Assembly (NCBI GenBank): GCA_002269645.1
Contig: NIVC01002209.1
Location: 128,105-192,104, forward strand
Length of the DNA stretch: 64,000 nucleotides
Direction of reading: 5' to 3'
Origin: Macrostomum lignano
Lineage: Eukaryota
Each line of letters opens with the position of its first letter. Positions within the stretch are counted from its first letter, which is position 1. A program made the position numbers and the translations under genes. The notes under the pieces are model-generated. The model saw nothing but the letters and a program-made list of their open reading frames with translations, did not search any database and was not told the DNA's origin. This document shows positions 12,548 through 24,400 of this stretch, one piece after another.

Positions 12548-14270
12548 ACGGTCGACAGCAATTAGATTCAGCAGTTGACTTTTAAAAACTTGCTGTGCAA
12601 CTTCTATATTATTTTTTAATTTTTTAAACTAACAGGATTTTTGTGCCACAAAAGAGGTTTAAAAGTGCATTCTGTTCTTCTGTTCTTTCAATGACAAGAG
12701 AGTCATTGAAATGTGTTAGTTCCATTGCTGGAACTATAATTGCTGGCGAAGGCGAAGAGAAACCCTTGCAAAATTTATTTTTAGTCTGCAAATGACAGGG
12801 AAATGGCTGTTTATTTCACTGCTCTTTACTATTCGAGTCACCAATTCAGCTTTCAGCACTAAATTCTTTGATAAGGTCGTAATGACTCAAGCTGCAAAAA
12901 CGCGCATAAACAACCCACTGGGAAAGGGTACATCGAAACGACGTCGAAACGACATCAAGATATCGATTTCATGTCGTTTTTTAAAATGAAAATGGAATCG
13001 AAAAAATGATTGATTAATGCATAATTGTCCCTTTTTAGCCTTTTTCATATTTATTTGGCTTAAATTGGGAATTTTTTCCATGTCGTAGGTAAGTCGTTTT
13101 GTACGACAATTGATCACGGGTTCATTGATCTGAATTGTAATTTTAAGCATTAGCAGCAGAGCATTGGCAGACGCTGCACTGCCAATCTGCCAGGCAGGAT
13201 GAATGCGAGCATATATCATTTCGATCCTGCGGCACTGCCATACATTACAGTAGTTTATCATGTCTATGAGTTATTTAAATGTAAATTCTCGAAATCTAAA
13301 TGTATTTAAAACTTAAGCAAATCCGGCCCTCTCCGTCTATGTACGTACACGTACGTGGTGAATGATCTGCAAAGTGCAACAAAACAATGACGTGTAATTA
13401 ATTTAGCTAGAAATTCGGCACTCGATCGACACTAAGCGTAACTCTGTACCGAATATTGTTATAAAAAGGTACGAGCTAGAACCATATTTATTTCTTTGAT
13501 GGCTATAAAGAAAGAAATTTAGAAAATTAGAACTCATAATGATTAATCAAAATGATATATCTACTAAAGAACTTTAATAAGTGCTTTTTGAAAAGCGGCG
13601 CATTTACTTTATAGACAGGGTCCATAAAAATTCGGACAATAGACAATTTTGCATTGTGCTTACCACTTAAAAAACACTATTGAATGGAGTGTTCAAGTGT
13701 TGAACTTAATTCGCTTTTTTATTTTTGCCAGCTAGTAAGGCACTATATTATAAACACGCGAAACTTAACACCTAAAAATTTATATGAATAATCTGCGACT
13801 AGACATACAAACAGAACCTTACACAGACTTATAGTATAAGCAGAAAAAAATAGTTGAAGTCAGAAAATTATAATATAGACAGCAATGCAATTTTAAATAT
13901 CTACTGAAAGTAGCAAAGTGTGCGTGTAAGCATTTAGATTACAGTAAGTAAAGCATTAAAAAAGGGTGCAAAAACCACTGTATCATATGCTGGTACAACT
14001 AATAATATATTTATTTGCATAGCTATATTTTTGTCTAAGACAGAAAATCCATAAAAACGTTACAAGTTTAATATGAGTTAGTAAGGACGGAATGATATTG
14101 AAGAATTGTTATCAATCCGAATGTTTAATTACACTAAAATTCGGAAAAAATTATAGGCGGGTATTTGTATCACTAAAATTTAGTAGATCGAAGACAGGCA
14201 ACAACACAAACAAAATTTACAGTTTTTATAGTTGAACTGGTCAATATAAGACACTGCTACACTCTGCTCA

Positions 14271-17135
14271 CTACTGCTGCTTGGTGTGCTTAGCGTGCAT
14301 ATCCTGGGCCACCTGGTACACGTGGCTAATGTCCGGCCTGGCGTCCGGGTTGGAGCTGATCATCGTCACCACCAGTTCGCGGAGCTGAGAAGCAAAAATC
14401 AGGTTTTGCTAGCTCTACTTCAGATAGAAAATTTTAATCAAGAATTCTACGGAATAACGAAAAACGATTTGCATACTACTATTAGCATTTTCTAATCTTG
14501 ATATCTGTAAAAAGATAATTGTTGGCCTCGGAGCAGATTTTTATTCTTACCTCGTTCGAGTAGATATCAGCGGGCAGCGGTGGATAATCGCACTGTTCGA
14601 TTTTTTTGCACAGCGAATACAAATTCATCTGCTCCCCATAGAACGGGCTCTGCAACGCGGCCATCTCGTACAGCAGGCAGCCGAGGGACCACATGTCCGA
14701 TTTGAAATTGTAACCGGTCTCGTGGATTCGCTCCGGGCTCATGTAATAGGGCGTACCGACTGCGGGGGAACAAAATATTACACATATTAAGCTTCGTCAA
14801 AATGTGTTTTCGAAACATATCGCCCGAATAAAAATATGATCTTGTATAGTATGAACTTCTGGTGGTTCTTTGGATAAATATCGCCAGTGATAATATTTAC
14901 TTTTAATACACATCGCCAGCGATAATTATTTTGGATACCTATCGCCAATCATAAGAATTAATTTCGATACATATGGCCAACGATAATACTCAATTTCGAT
15001 AAATATCGCCAATGATAATAATTAATTTCGATACATATCGTCCAAGTTGAAATCGTAATTAATAATTCTAATTTACCAAGCGAATGGGCGTTGGTTGTCT
15101 TGGAGCTGAAGAACCGGCCAAGACCCAGGTCGCCCAGCTTCACCTGACCAGTGGCCGTGATGAAAACGTTGGCCGGTTTGATGTCTGAAAATCGTATTTT
15201 GATTAGCCATTTAACAAAAATCGAGATGATACTACTAACTACTGTAAGTAGCGAAAAATACTCGTAGTAGCAGAATAGTCACCGAACCTCTGTGCATAAT
15301 TCTTTTAGAGTGCATGTGATCCAGGCCGCTGCAGATTTGCACAAAATATTTCCAAATTGTTCTTTCAGGAATCAGCCGTTGCTGCTTTTTGAAGTGCTGG
15401 AAATGAGGAATTCGAACTGAAATTACGATTACTGTGCATATATATTTATTTATTAATCTATGAAATATAAATAAAAATTACGAATTAAACGAAAAATGAA
15501 CAGTCGACCAATTTACAAATCAGTGAACTAAACAGAATTGCTCTATTTGCTCTATCAATTTTTAATCAATCTATTATTGTACCAACCCGCTAATCAATTC
15601 AATCAGTCACTTGATTGGTCAACAAAACAACTAAATAATTAATTTAATGATCAGTGAATCGTACAAATAATCAGTCAATTACTTAACCATTCAATCAACA
15701 AATCAACCAATTGACCAATCAATCAATTAATCAGCCAATCAGCCATTCAATCAATCAACTAATTAATTAATCTACCAATCAATCAGCAATCAATCAATCA
15801 ATTAATCAACCAATCAATTAGCAATCAATCAATTAATCAACCATTCAATCAATCAACTAATTAATTAATCAACCAATCAATCAGCAATCAATCAATCAAA
15901 TAATCAACCAATCAATTAGCAATCAATCAATTAATCAACCATTCAATCAATCAACTAATCAATTAATCAACCAATCAATTAATCAACCAATCAATTAGCA
16001 ATCAATCAATTAATCAACCATTCAATCAATCAACTAATCAATTAATCAATCAATCAATTAATCAACCAATCAATCAGCAAGTCAATAAACCAATAAATCA
16101 ATCAGCAATCAATCAATTACTCAACCAGCCAGTCAATGAATCAACTAATCAGCCAATCAATCAATTAATAAACTAATCAATCAACCAATCAATAAACCAA
16201 TAAGTCAATCAATCAGCTAATAAATTAATTAATCAACCAATCAATCAATCTACTAATCAACTAATCAATCAGCCAACCAACAGATCAACCAATAAATCAA
16301 ATAAGAAACCAGCAAATCAACTATACCATGAATCAGTTATCCAATCAAACGCAAACCAGAACAAACTTCTCTAGGATAAAGAAGAAGTACTCTCTCAGCG
16401 CAATCACGAACCCTGATCATTCGCGATAGGTCGCCAGCGTCAGCCAACTCCAGCACGATGTTGAGCTCGTTGTTCTCAATGAAGGAAGCCAAGTAGCGAA
16501 TGACATTCGGGTGGTCAAGTTGCTGAGGGAATAGAATGAATGGGGAATCTTCTAAGCATTGCAAGCACTCACTATTTCCAGGTACACAACCTGATACATT
16601 TCACGTGTGAATATTGTAATATTACAGTAATGGAATTCCTCAGAAATTCCTCCTAAAGTTGTTAGAGAGGCTTAGCAATACAAGTAGTGTAGAAATTTTA
16701 AAGTTTTATTTCAACCCTTCCATAGTGGGTATGGGCATTAACCCCTTCCACAGTGTCCTTTAGGTGTACCACAACCCCTTCCAGTGTCCTTCTGGTGGTA
16801 CCATACCTTCAGAAGATCAATTTCCTTGATGCAGTCTTGCCTAGCCTTGGCATCCATCATTTCAAAAATCTACAAGATAATAAAATTGAAGAAGGCAGAT
16901 TAGAGAAACACAAAAGTTAAATAAAACTGATTAAACCATTTTAGCATTGCTTAGCAGTTATAAATAATTTTACCTGAACTTTTTTCAATGCAATCACACA
17001 GCCATCTTCTTTGCAGATTGCCCGCCAAACTTCACTGAATTGGCCCTTGCCAATTTTCTTGTCAATATTAAACTTGTCTAGTGAGCCATATTTATTCTGA
17101 GGATCATAGCTTGGCACTGTGAAATCAACTTCCAT
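14271..17135 (-). CDS. NEK7: NIMA-related Ser/Thr kinase NEK6/NEK7, 7 coding exons, about 291 aa
   Basis: Exons 17135-16974, 16869-16807, 16522-16412, 15396-15288, 15184-15077, 14759-14551, 14384-14271 (876 nt, phases consistent). Motifs [96 protein letters not shown]. Confidence 0.96.
14875..15045. repeat. Degenerate ~31-bp tandem repeat (atatcgccaatgataat core) in a NEK intron
   Basis: About six imperfect units seen directly. Confidence 0.7.
15560..16330. repeat. Degenerate (AATC/AACC)n low-complexity array in NEK intron 3
   Basis: aatcaatc/aaccaatc runs with longer duplicated blocks. Confidence 0.9.
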
Positions 17136-17567
17136 GCTTGTGATATGAACTATGAAATTTAGAAATTAGAATGCAAGACAAATAAATAACTAGAAAAATA
17201 CAAGAAAGAATAAATAAAAGTGGTAAAGCAAATCTTTAATTTAAGTCTTACAGAGCCTTAGTTTAGTCTTGCCCTATCAAAAAATGCATAAATCATACTT
17301 AATATCATGATCAGAGTGCATGCTGTTAAATAAAAAAATATGAAAACTATAAAAAGTTATGCATAATATTTTAATGTATCCAATTTATAAAATAAAAAAT
17401 CTTTTATTTCAATCTTTTGAGATTTTTTAGATTTTGAAAAAGGTTTTTTATATATTATATTTAAAACTAGATTAAAATGTCATATATTATTTATGTATTA
17501 CATAATTTAATGTTATTACCTATACTCCCAAAGATGCTATTTTGTAGGAAAAAATCTTGCATGCAAC

Positions 17568-18924
17568 CACAGATACTATAAACACTAGATAGGCCACTCC
17601 AGCCAATTTTCACAACACGACAGTTTACTCTACTTTCTGTTTAGTAGTAGTAAAAACATTTTAGCGTTATTTATATTTTTTAAAAATAAAAAAACAGATG
17701 AATGCAATGCAGTAATTCTATTGATTTTTTTGCAAAAAGAAACTTATAATTATACTTTCCACAATTCAAAGCAACATTGTGAATGCTTTAGATTGCATAG
17801 AAGGCTATATTATTGCAGTCAACTATTGTATATTTAGCAAATACGAGCTATATCATATACTCCATAATCCATATTTGTGTAGCAAAATAGAAAGATTTCT
17901 CATCTTAATCAGCTCATCTGTTTGTGAAACTCGCAGCGTGCTGTCGAAGAACAGGGTCGCCAGTCGCCCTTGTTCAGAGGCAGCATTCAGAATGGCCCAA
18001 CAGATGAAAAAAACTGGCGAATGCGCCACTTCAAGGTCCAGGGATGTATCCGATGGAGAGCCAATCCTCAGTGGTTTCGTAACAGGCAGCCGATAAGCAG
18101 CAGGACCTTTGTGGTGCAGCTGCAATGAGCTGCTGATGAGATGACATCCTTTGACCAGAGCACCCCTGACTGCGAGCGCCCTGCCGCCCAGTCGACCGCT
18201 GGAAGCTGCGCTAGCCACGCCTCCACAGTCCATGGATGCACGACTGCGCTGCACTTGCCTTGACCATCGAGAGTTGCCGCTGCAGCCGCTTGATTTGCCT
18301 GTCGCTTTTGGGATTGCCGCTGCAGCCGCTTGATTTGCCTGTCGCTTTCGGGATTGCCGCTGCAGCCGCTTGATTTGCCTGTCGCTTTCGGGATTGCCCC
18401 TGCAGCCGCTTGATTCGCCTGTCACTTTCGGGATTGCCGCTGCAGCCGCTTGATTTGCCTGTCACTTTCGGGATTGCCGCTGCAGCCGCTTGATTTGCCT
18501 GTCACTTCGCCACCCCCAAATTTTCTAACCCACAACCTCTCAACCCCCAGCCCTAACCCAGGCTAGCAATGCGCAGTCCTTTATTTTCTATCCCACCACC
18601 AGTAGGCCTAAATTATCGATCCACTCACCCTGCCTTATACGAAACTGATATTAACCCTATTCCAGACTACCCCCCTTCCTCCACTTTGAAAAGATAGCGG
18701 CATTGCACACTGTCTGTCGCGTCTTAATGTACACCATTACTGCACAAAACAAGTTAGTTGTTTATGGCGTTAGCAAAACGATGTCTTAAAAACAGTCACT
18801 CGATTTGTCTAATTTAGCAAATAATACTGTTGCTTCCTTTCATTGCTACTAAGCAGAAAGTAGAATAAAAAACTTGCCCAGAAAATTAGCCTGAGTGGCC
18901 TATCTAGTGTTTATAGTATCTGTG
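17568..18924. mobile_element. Non-autonomous cut-and-paste DNA transposon (P- or hAT-like; CA...TG ends, 8-bp TSD)
   Basis: TIR CACAGATACTATAAACACTAGATAGGCCACTC, 32 bp perfect, 44 bp with 3 mismatches, loosely extending to about 85 bp. Flanks CATGCAAC (17560-17567) and CATGCGAC (18925-18932). No transposase recognised inside. Confidence 0.85.
18272..18507. repeat. 40-bp GC-rich tandem repeat, six copies, inside the TIR element
   Basis: Unit gctgcagccgcttgatttgcctgtc(g/a)ctttcgggattgcc starts at 18279, 18319, 18359, 18399, 18439 and 18479. Confidence 0.95.
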
Positions 18925-21460
18925 CATGCGACAAGGTTTTAGGCAGTTTAGTACTATGAACATGGTATACAACATGGAGTCAAAAAAGTTTTTCTAGCGT
19001 GTTTTGCGCAATAGGGTATTTTACTACTATTGGAGCTATGAACTTGCCACTATAGGCCTAGCTGTGGCTCACTAGGATTTTTTAGGCTTTTAAAAAAATT
19101 GTGATATTTTTTTAAATGATTATACTACAATAACAATAAAATACAGTGTTTCTATTATTAGAATCCAAAGGTAATATATTATTATTATGGTCACTATAAT
19201 ATATAAGCATTTCTATAAGTGTTGTTTATCTACTATCTCTTGTTTAAAAAAATTGAATAGTTCATTGGACTTGGACATTGTTTTATAGAATCAGACTTGG
19301 AGTTGGAGTCTCTGTCTGCCTTTCATAGCCCATCCCCCCTGGACTATTGGTGCACACTTGGTACATTTGATCTAACCCTCCACCTCCTGCATGCAGCATG
19401 CCAACCAAAAAAATGCATGCATAGTGCATATTAGGCTAAAATCTTTAATTTTAAAATCATTCTTGCTTGTGGAAATTCTTGTGCAAAACAGAATGCACAA
19501 TTAGCAAGAAATGTTTAATGAAGTAAACAAACATATTTTATTTTATAGATCGGCCAGGTTAGACCTTATATAGGCCTAGGATATAGCCTAATAATATAGG
19601 TCTATATTAATCAATCATATTAATCAAACAAAATAGGTCTCCTGGTCCAGAAATAAAGAATATCATAAAATGATACATACTAATAGGCTTTACAAGCTAA
19701 ACCTTTGACTTCATTCAGCCAAAAAAGCAATACCAACAAAAAATTATTAATTAGCTTCCTGTCTGTGTTTTGCCAATTCTGCCAATAGGCAATATGAAGC
19801 ATCAAATTTAAATTAAAGACTTATTTTAATTGAAATAAGTCTGCCAAAACCAAACGAAAATATTAATATTACCTTCTCAAGATAAAAACTAAATGTATTA
19901 ATAGAAACGCGTCAATAATTTAGTTAAGTTATGAATATAAACTACACTAACTTAGCGTTTTGGTCGTGGGCTGGGCCAATCTAAACTGATTATAGCTAGT
20001 CTGAAAATCGGAGGTTAGAGCTAAGTTAAAAAAAAGAAAAGCACAAATACTTGCCTTTATTGAAAAATGTGATTAATTACTGTAAAAACTACAATTCAAA
20101 CGTACACTGGGGCCTTTTGAAGTGATGTTTGTAGCCCGTTTTCACGTTAAAAATCTTCAACTTTGTTTTAACTACTATATTCTTCCTGACGTGTGATATG
20201 ATTTTTCATTGCTAGCAATAGCTACAGATCGCCTGTCTCGCTTTTAACTCTACTGAAAAGTTAGGGAACACTTTATTGTTAAGCAATGTCAAAAATCATA
20301 AATGAGTAACATTACTGCGATTACAGTACGTAGAGCCCGTAATATACTACATAAAGTCGCTGTACATGTATATGTATTGCGTGTTTTTCCAAGGTTAAAT
20401 GACAAACCAAGGAAGCAAGTTTGTAATGAGCTTAGTCCGTTAAAACTAGCCCAAAATTTTGATGCATAAATGAGAATGTAACGTAAAATCAAACATAACT
20501 ACAATTGCATCTTGTGCATAGTATCTATATCAACGTACTTGAAACAAACGATATACTGAAAATAGCCATTTCTAATCTATTTCCATCATTTACCACATGG
20601 GCGCGCGCCCAAGCCTAGGATAACGACGGCGGCTAATAAATTTCTGCATTCCCGCGAGCCGATTAACGCTTGTTGATCCCGAAGCAAAAATAAGTCGACG
20701 TTTGAAGTTTTGACAAGCTTATAAACAAAAGTAAAATTTTAGTAATTGATTGATTTCTGCTGGCTATACTATATACAACCGTTTGCTTGCTGAGTAGTGT
20801 GATTAATAGCTGCAGGAGCAGCTAAAAACTTTTAACTACAACCAGTTGCAAAATTGCCAGCATTTAACCCTTAATTCTTGATTTTCAGTCCATAAGTGAA
20901 ATACATACTGGTAAAAATAAATAACTCAAATGAAAAGAACGACAAAATTCCACAAGCAAAAGTTGTCGCTAAAAGACTGCATTTTTGCTGTTATATTATC
21001 TTTTTATTCAACACACAGAAGTTTTAGATAATTATTGATGAAAAACAAGCACAGCAAAACTATTTCAAAGCTTGCGCAACCGGTTGGGCAAAGCATTAGT
21101 TTGATAGTAATAATATTAATAAATAAACGACAGTCAAACGCTGCAACTGGTCGTTCAGGTGGTGCTAAACAGTCAAAAAAATGGAAAAATTCATTAACAG
21201 GGACCTGATCGGCTAGCCTTTTTTACGATGGCACGGCAACAAACGAATGCTGCCACAGTTTTCAATGTATAATAGATAGATATAGTTATAGTATAAGTAA
21301 GTCGTTTTATCTAATGTCGATTAGGTCGATTAGGTAATATTATTATTAGTAGTATAGTAGTAAGTTTATTAAAACATTGATTTTGTACACTGGTTGGTTC
21401 GTGACGATGAACGACGAATTATAATTAATAATAATAGTAATAAGGTATATTATCGACTAA

Positions 21461-24400
21461 CTACTGCTGCCTCTTGTACGGATGGAAGCTGTGCGCCCCG
21501 GCCCCGCCGCCGCGATTATAGTCGCCGCTGCCGCCGTACATGCTTGTTGGCGGGCCGCCCCAGCCGGTCTGCTGGCCGGAGGCGTCCCAAGTAGCGGCGG
21601 CTGTCGGCTGGCCACCCCAGGCGCCGCTCTGGTTGCCCCAGGCACCGGCCATCTGCTGCTGCTGCCAATTGTTGCTTATCTGGTCCCAGCCGGCGCCAGT
21701 TTGACCGTTCCACTGCGGAGTTTGTTTCGGGTTCGGGAAAATCAAGGAAGGTTTCTACTGGCCTGCTAGAACAGGTATTTCCCATCATTAGGGAAAAGGG
21801 ATCGGTTACAATTATCAGAAGAATTCCTATTACTGTGGAATAAAAATTTGCACTGATAATTAGAGGGATTTCCTATTATTTTTATGGAATAGAGATTTCC
21901 CTAATTTCCACAGGGATTCTCCATTATTATTAAATAGGGATTTCCCATAATTGTTAGAGGGACCCTCCATTATTATTTAATAGGGATTTCCTTTAATTAT
22001 TCGAGGGATTCCCATTTTTATTAAATAGGGATTTCCCATAATTATTCGAGGGATTCCCATTTTTATTAAATAGGGATTTCCCATAATTATTCGAGGGATT
22101 CCCCATTTTTATTAAATAGGGATTTCCCATAATTATTTGAGAGATTCCCCATTTTTATTGAATAGGGATTTCCCATAATTATTCGAGGGATTCCCATTTT
22201 TATTGAATAGGGATTTCCCATAATTATTCGAGGGATTCCCATTTTTATTAAATAGGGATTTCCCATAATTATTCGAGGGATTCCCCATTTTATTGAATAC
22301 GGATTTCCCTTAATTATTCGAGGGATTCCCATTTTTATTGAATAGGGATTTCCCTTAATTATTCGAGGGGTTCCCATTTTTATTGAATAGGGATTTCCCA
22401 TAATTATTCGAGGGATTCCTATTTTTATTAAATAGGGATTTCCCATAATTATTCGAGGGATTCCCCATTTTTATTGAATAGGGATTTCCCATAATTATTC
22501 GAGGGATTCCCATTTTTATTGAATAGGGATTTCCCTTAATTATTCGAGGGATTCACATTTTTATTGAATAGGGATTTCCCATAATTATTCGAGGGATTCC
22601 CCATTAGTATTGAATAGGGATTCCCTTTACTTTTGGAATAGGGATTTCTGCTCGGGAGTGGAGCGTTCCTAAATCACAGACGGAACGGCACGCACCTGAT
22701 TCCAGCCATTCTGATCCCAGCCAGTCTGGCCCCAGCTGGAGCCGCCAGTGGCTCCCGGCCATCCAGCCGTGCTGGTTGCTGGGTTGCTCCAGCTCTGCCC
22801 CCAGCCCTGGCTAGGCGTGTTCCACATGCCGCCGCCGCCGCCGGCACCGCGACCACGGCCGCGACCAGGCGCAGTTGGGACGGGACCGCCGCCAACGCCG
22901 GGTGGTCCCTGAACGCGGCGACTGTAGTTTGGCGGCTCCATTGCTTTAATCTCGACCTACAAAGAATGCATTACTAAGTGACTGCGCCTTTTCCATTTAT
23001 TTTAAGAGTTCGATTACTATATATCTAGATTTGCTAAGTTTACAGCTATTACGCGGCTACTTATATAGGGTTTACTTACGGTATCCATGGTTACAAGGGC
23101 CATCTCAAAAGTGTCTTATTAGTTCTTATTTAGACACAATGCGTGCATAGAATGTGGTATCTTGCAGATTTGAAAATCGGCTGGGTTCAAGTATAGTTCC
23201 CATTTTTAATAGCTATCAATAAATAGTATCGCATAAAACACTTTTGAGATGGCCATCTCGTACCCAATGCTGTGCCGTATGGGGAGGGGATAATTCAGCC
23301 GAGTTAAGCCGCATAAGCCTATAAAATGCGCATTGCATACGTAAACAAACAACAGAAGACAGAAATGCATAAAAGAAGAGCACAATTAAAGTAAGTTAAG
23401 CACCTGTTTGCCGTTCAACTGCACATAGTGCGTTTGAATCAATCTTTTCACAGTTGTTTCGTCTTCAAAGCCGACAAACGCAAAGCCTAGAGAATTTGTG
23501 TTTAGCAAACAAAAATAAGGGAAATAGTCAAGATTGCTGTCAAAATATTTATTTATTAAAAAAGGCATTTTTAAAAACAATTTTGACAGTAATGACTTTC
23601 CCGAAAGCAAGGTAGCTTTTCAAAGTTTATTGGCATTTAGTATCATTTTTCGTTTAATCTGTCAGAAGTACAGAATTGATTGTTTCTTGCCAGTTAATTT
23701 TTAAGTAATAATTTTACGTTCATTTATTACTTAAAAATTAAAAATTTCGAAGGTTTTGGCTTTAAAACGAAAGCTTTAATTAATATAGAAGAAAGCTTGC
23801 AAAAAACACTGCTTTATAATTGTACAGTACGAGTGCAATGTAACCCAGTCACTTGCTTTTAATTGTTACAGTACCCATCTAAGAAGGACTGCTTGACAAA
23901 ATAGCAAAGCAACTGAGACAAAAGCTGTACCGTACAAAATCTGAATTACAGCAATAGAAAATATTTTAATACGCTATTAATTTACTGTACTTCTTCTAGA
24001 CAGGGGTTTTGAAATCATACTTGTACACTTTACCGTATTTGGAGTAAAGCATACTCATATAAATTTACACTTGCTTACGGTAAGTCATACTCGTAAAATT
24101 GTTTAAAAAAATTAATTCACAAAATGCGCAAACTACTTAATCCATCGGCCTCAGCTGAATGTTTGCAAAGCTGTCTGTCTTGTATTAAATGTAGTTTTTC
24201 TGGCGAAATTGTTTAGTTAAGATTGTTCAGTTTTCATACCTGAAATCACTTGCAAAACTATCTAGCTGAGATCTATGGATTGAGCTCTAGAATTTACTTC
24301 ACTGTAGTTTTTATTAGGGCAATTTTTTTTCGCTTTCATACCTCGATGGCGCTGCTTGGACAAGTCCATCATTAGGTTGACATCGGTTACCTGAAAGTTC

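Noticed and set aside
17779-18465. ORFs inside the TIR element as a THAP domain or transposase
   Set aside because: No C2CH THAP signature or DDE motifs; partly a translation of the 40-bp repeat.
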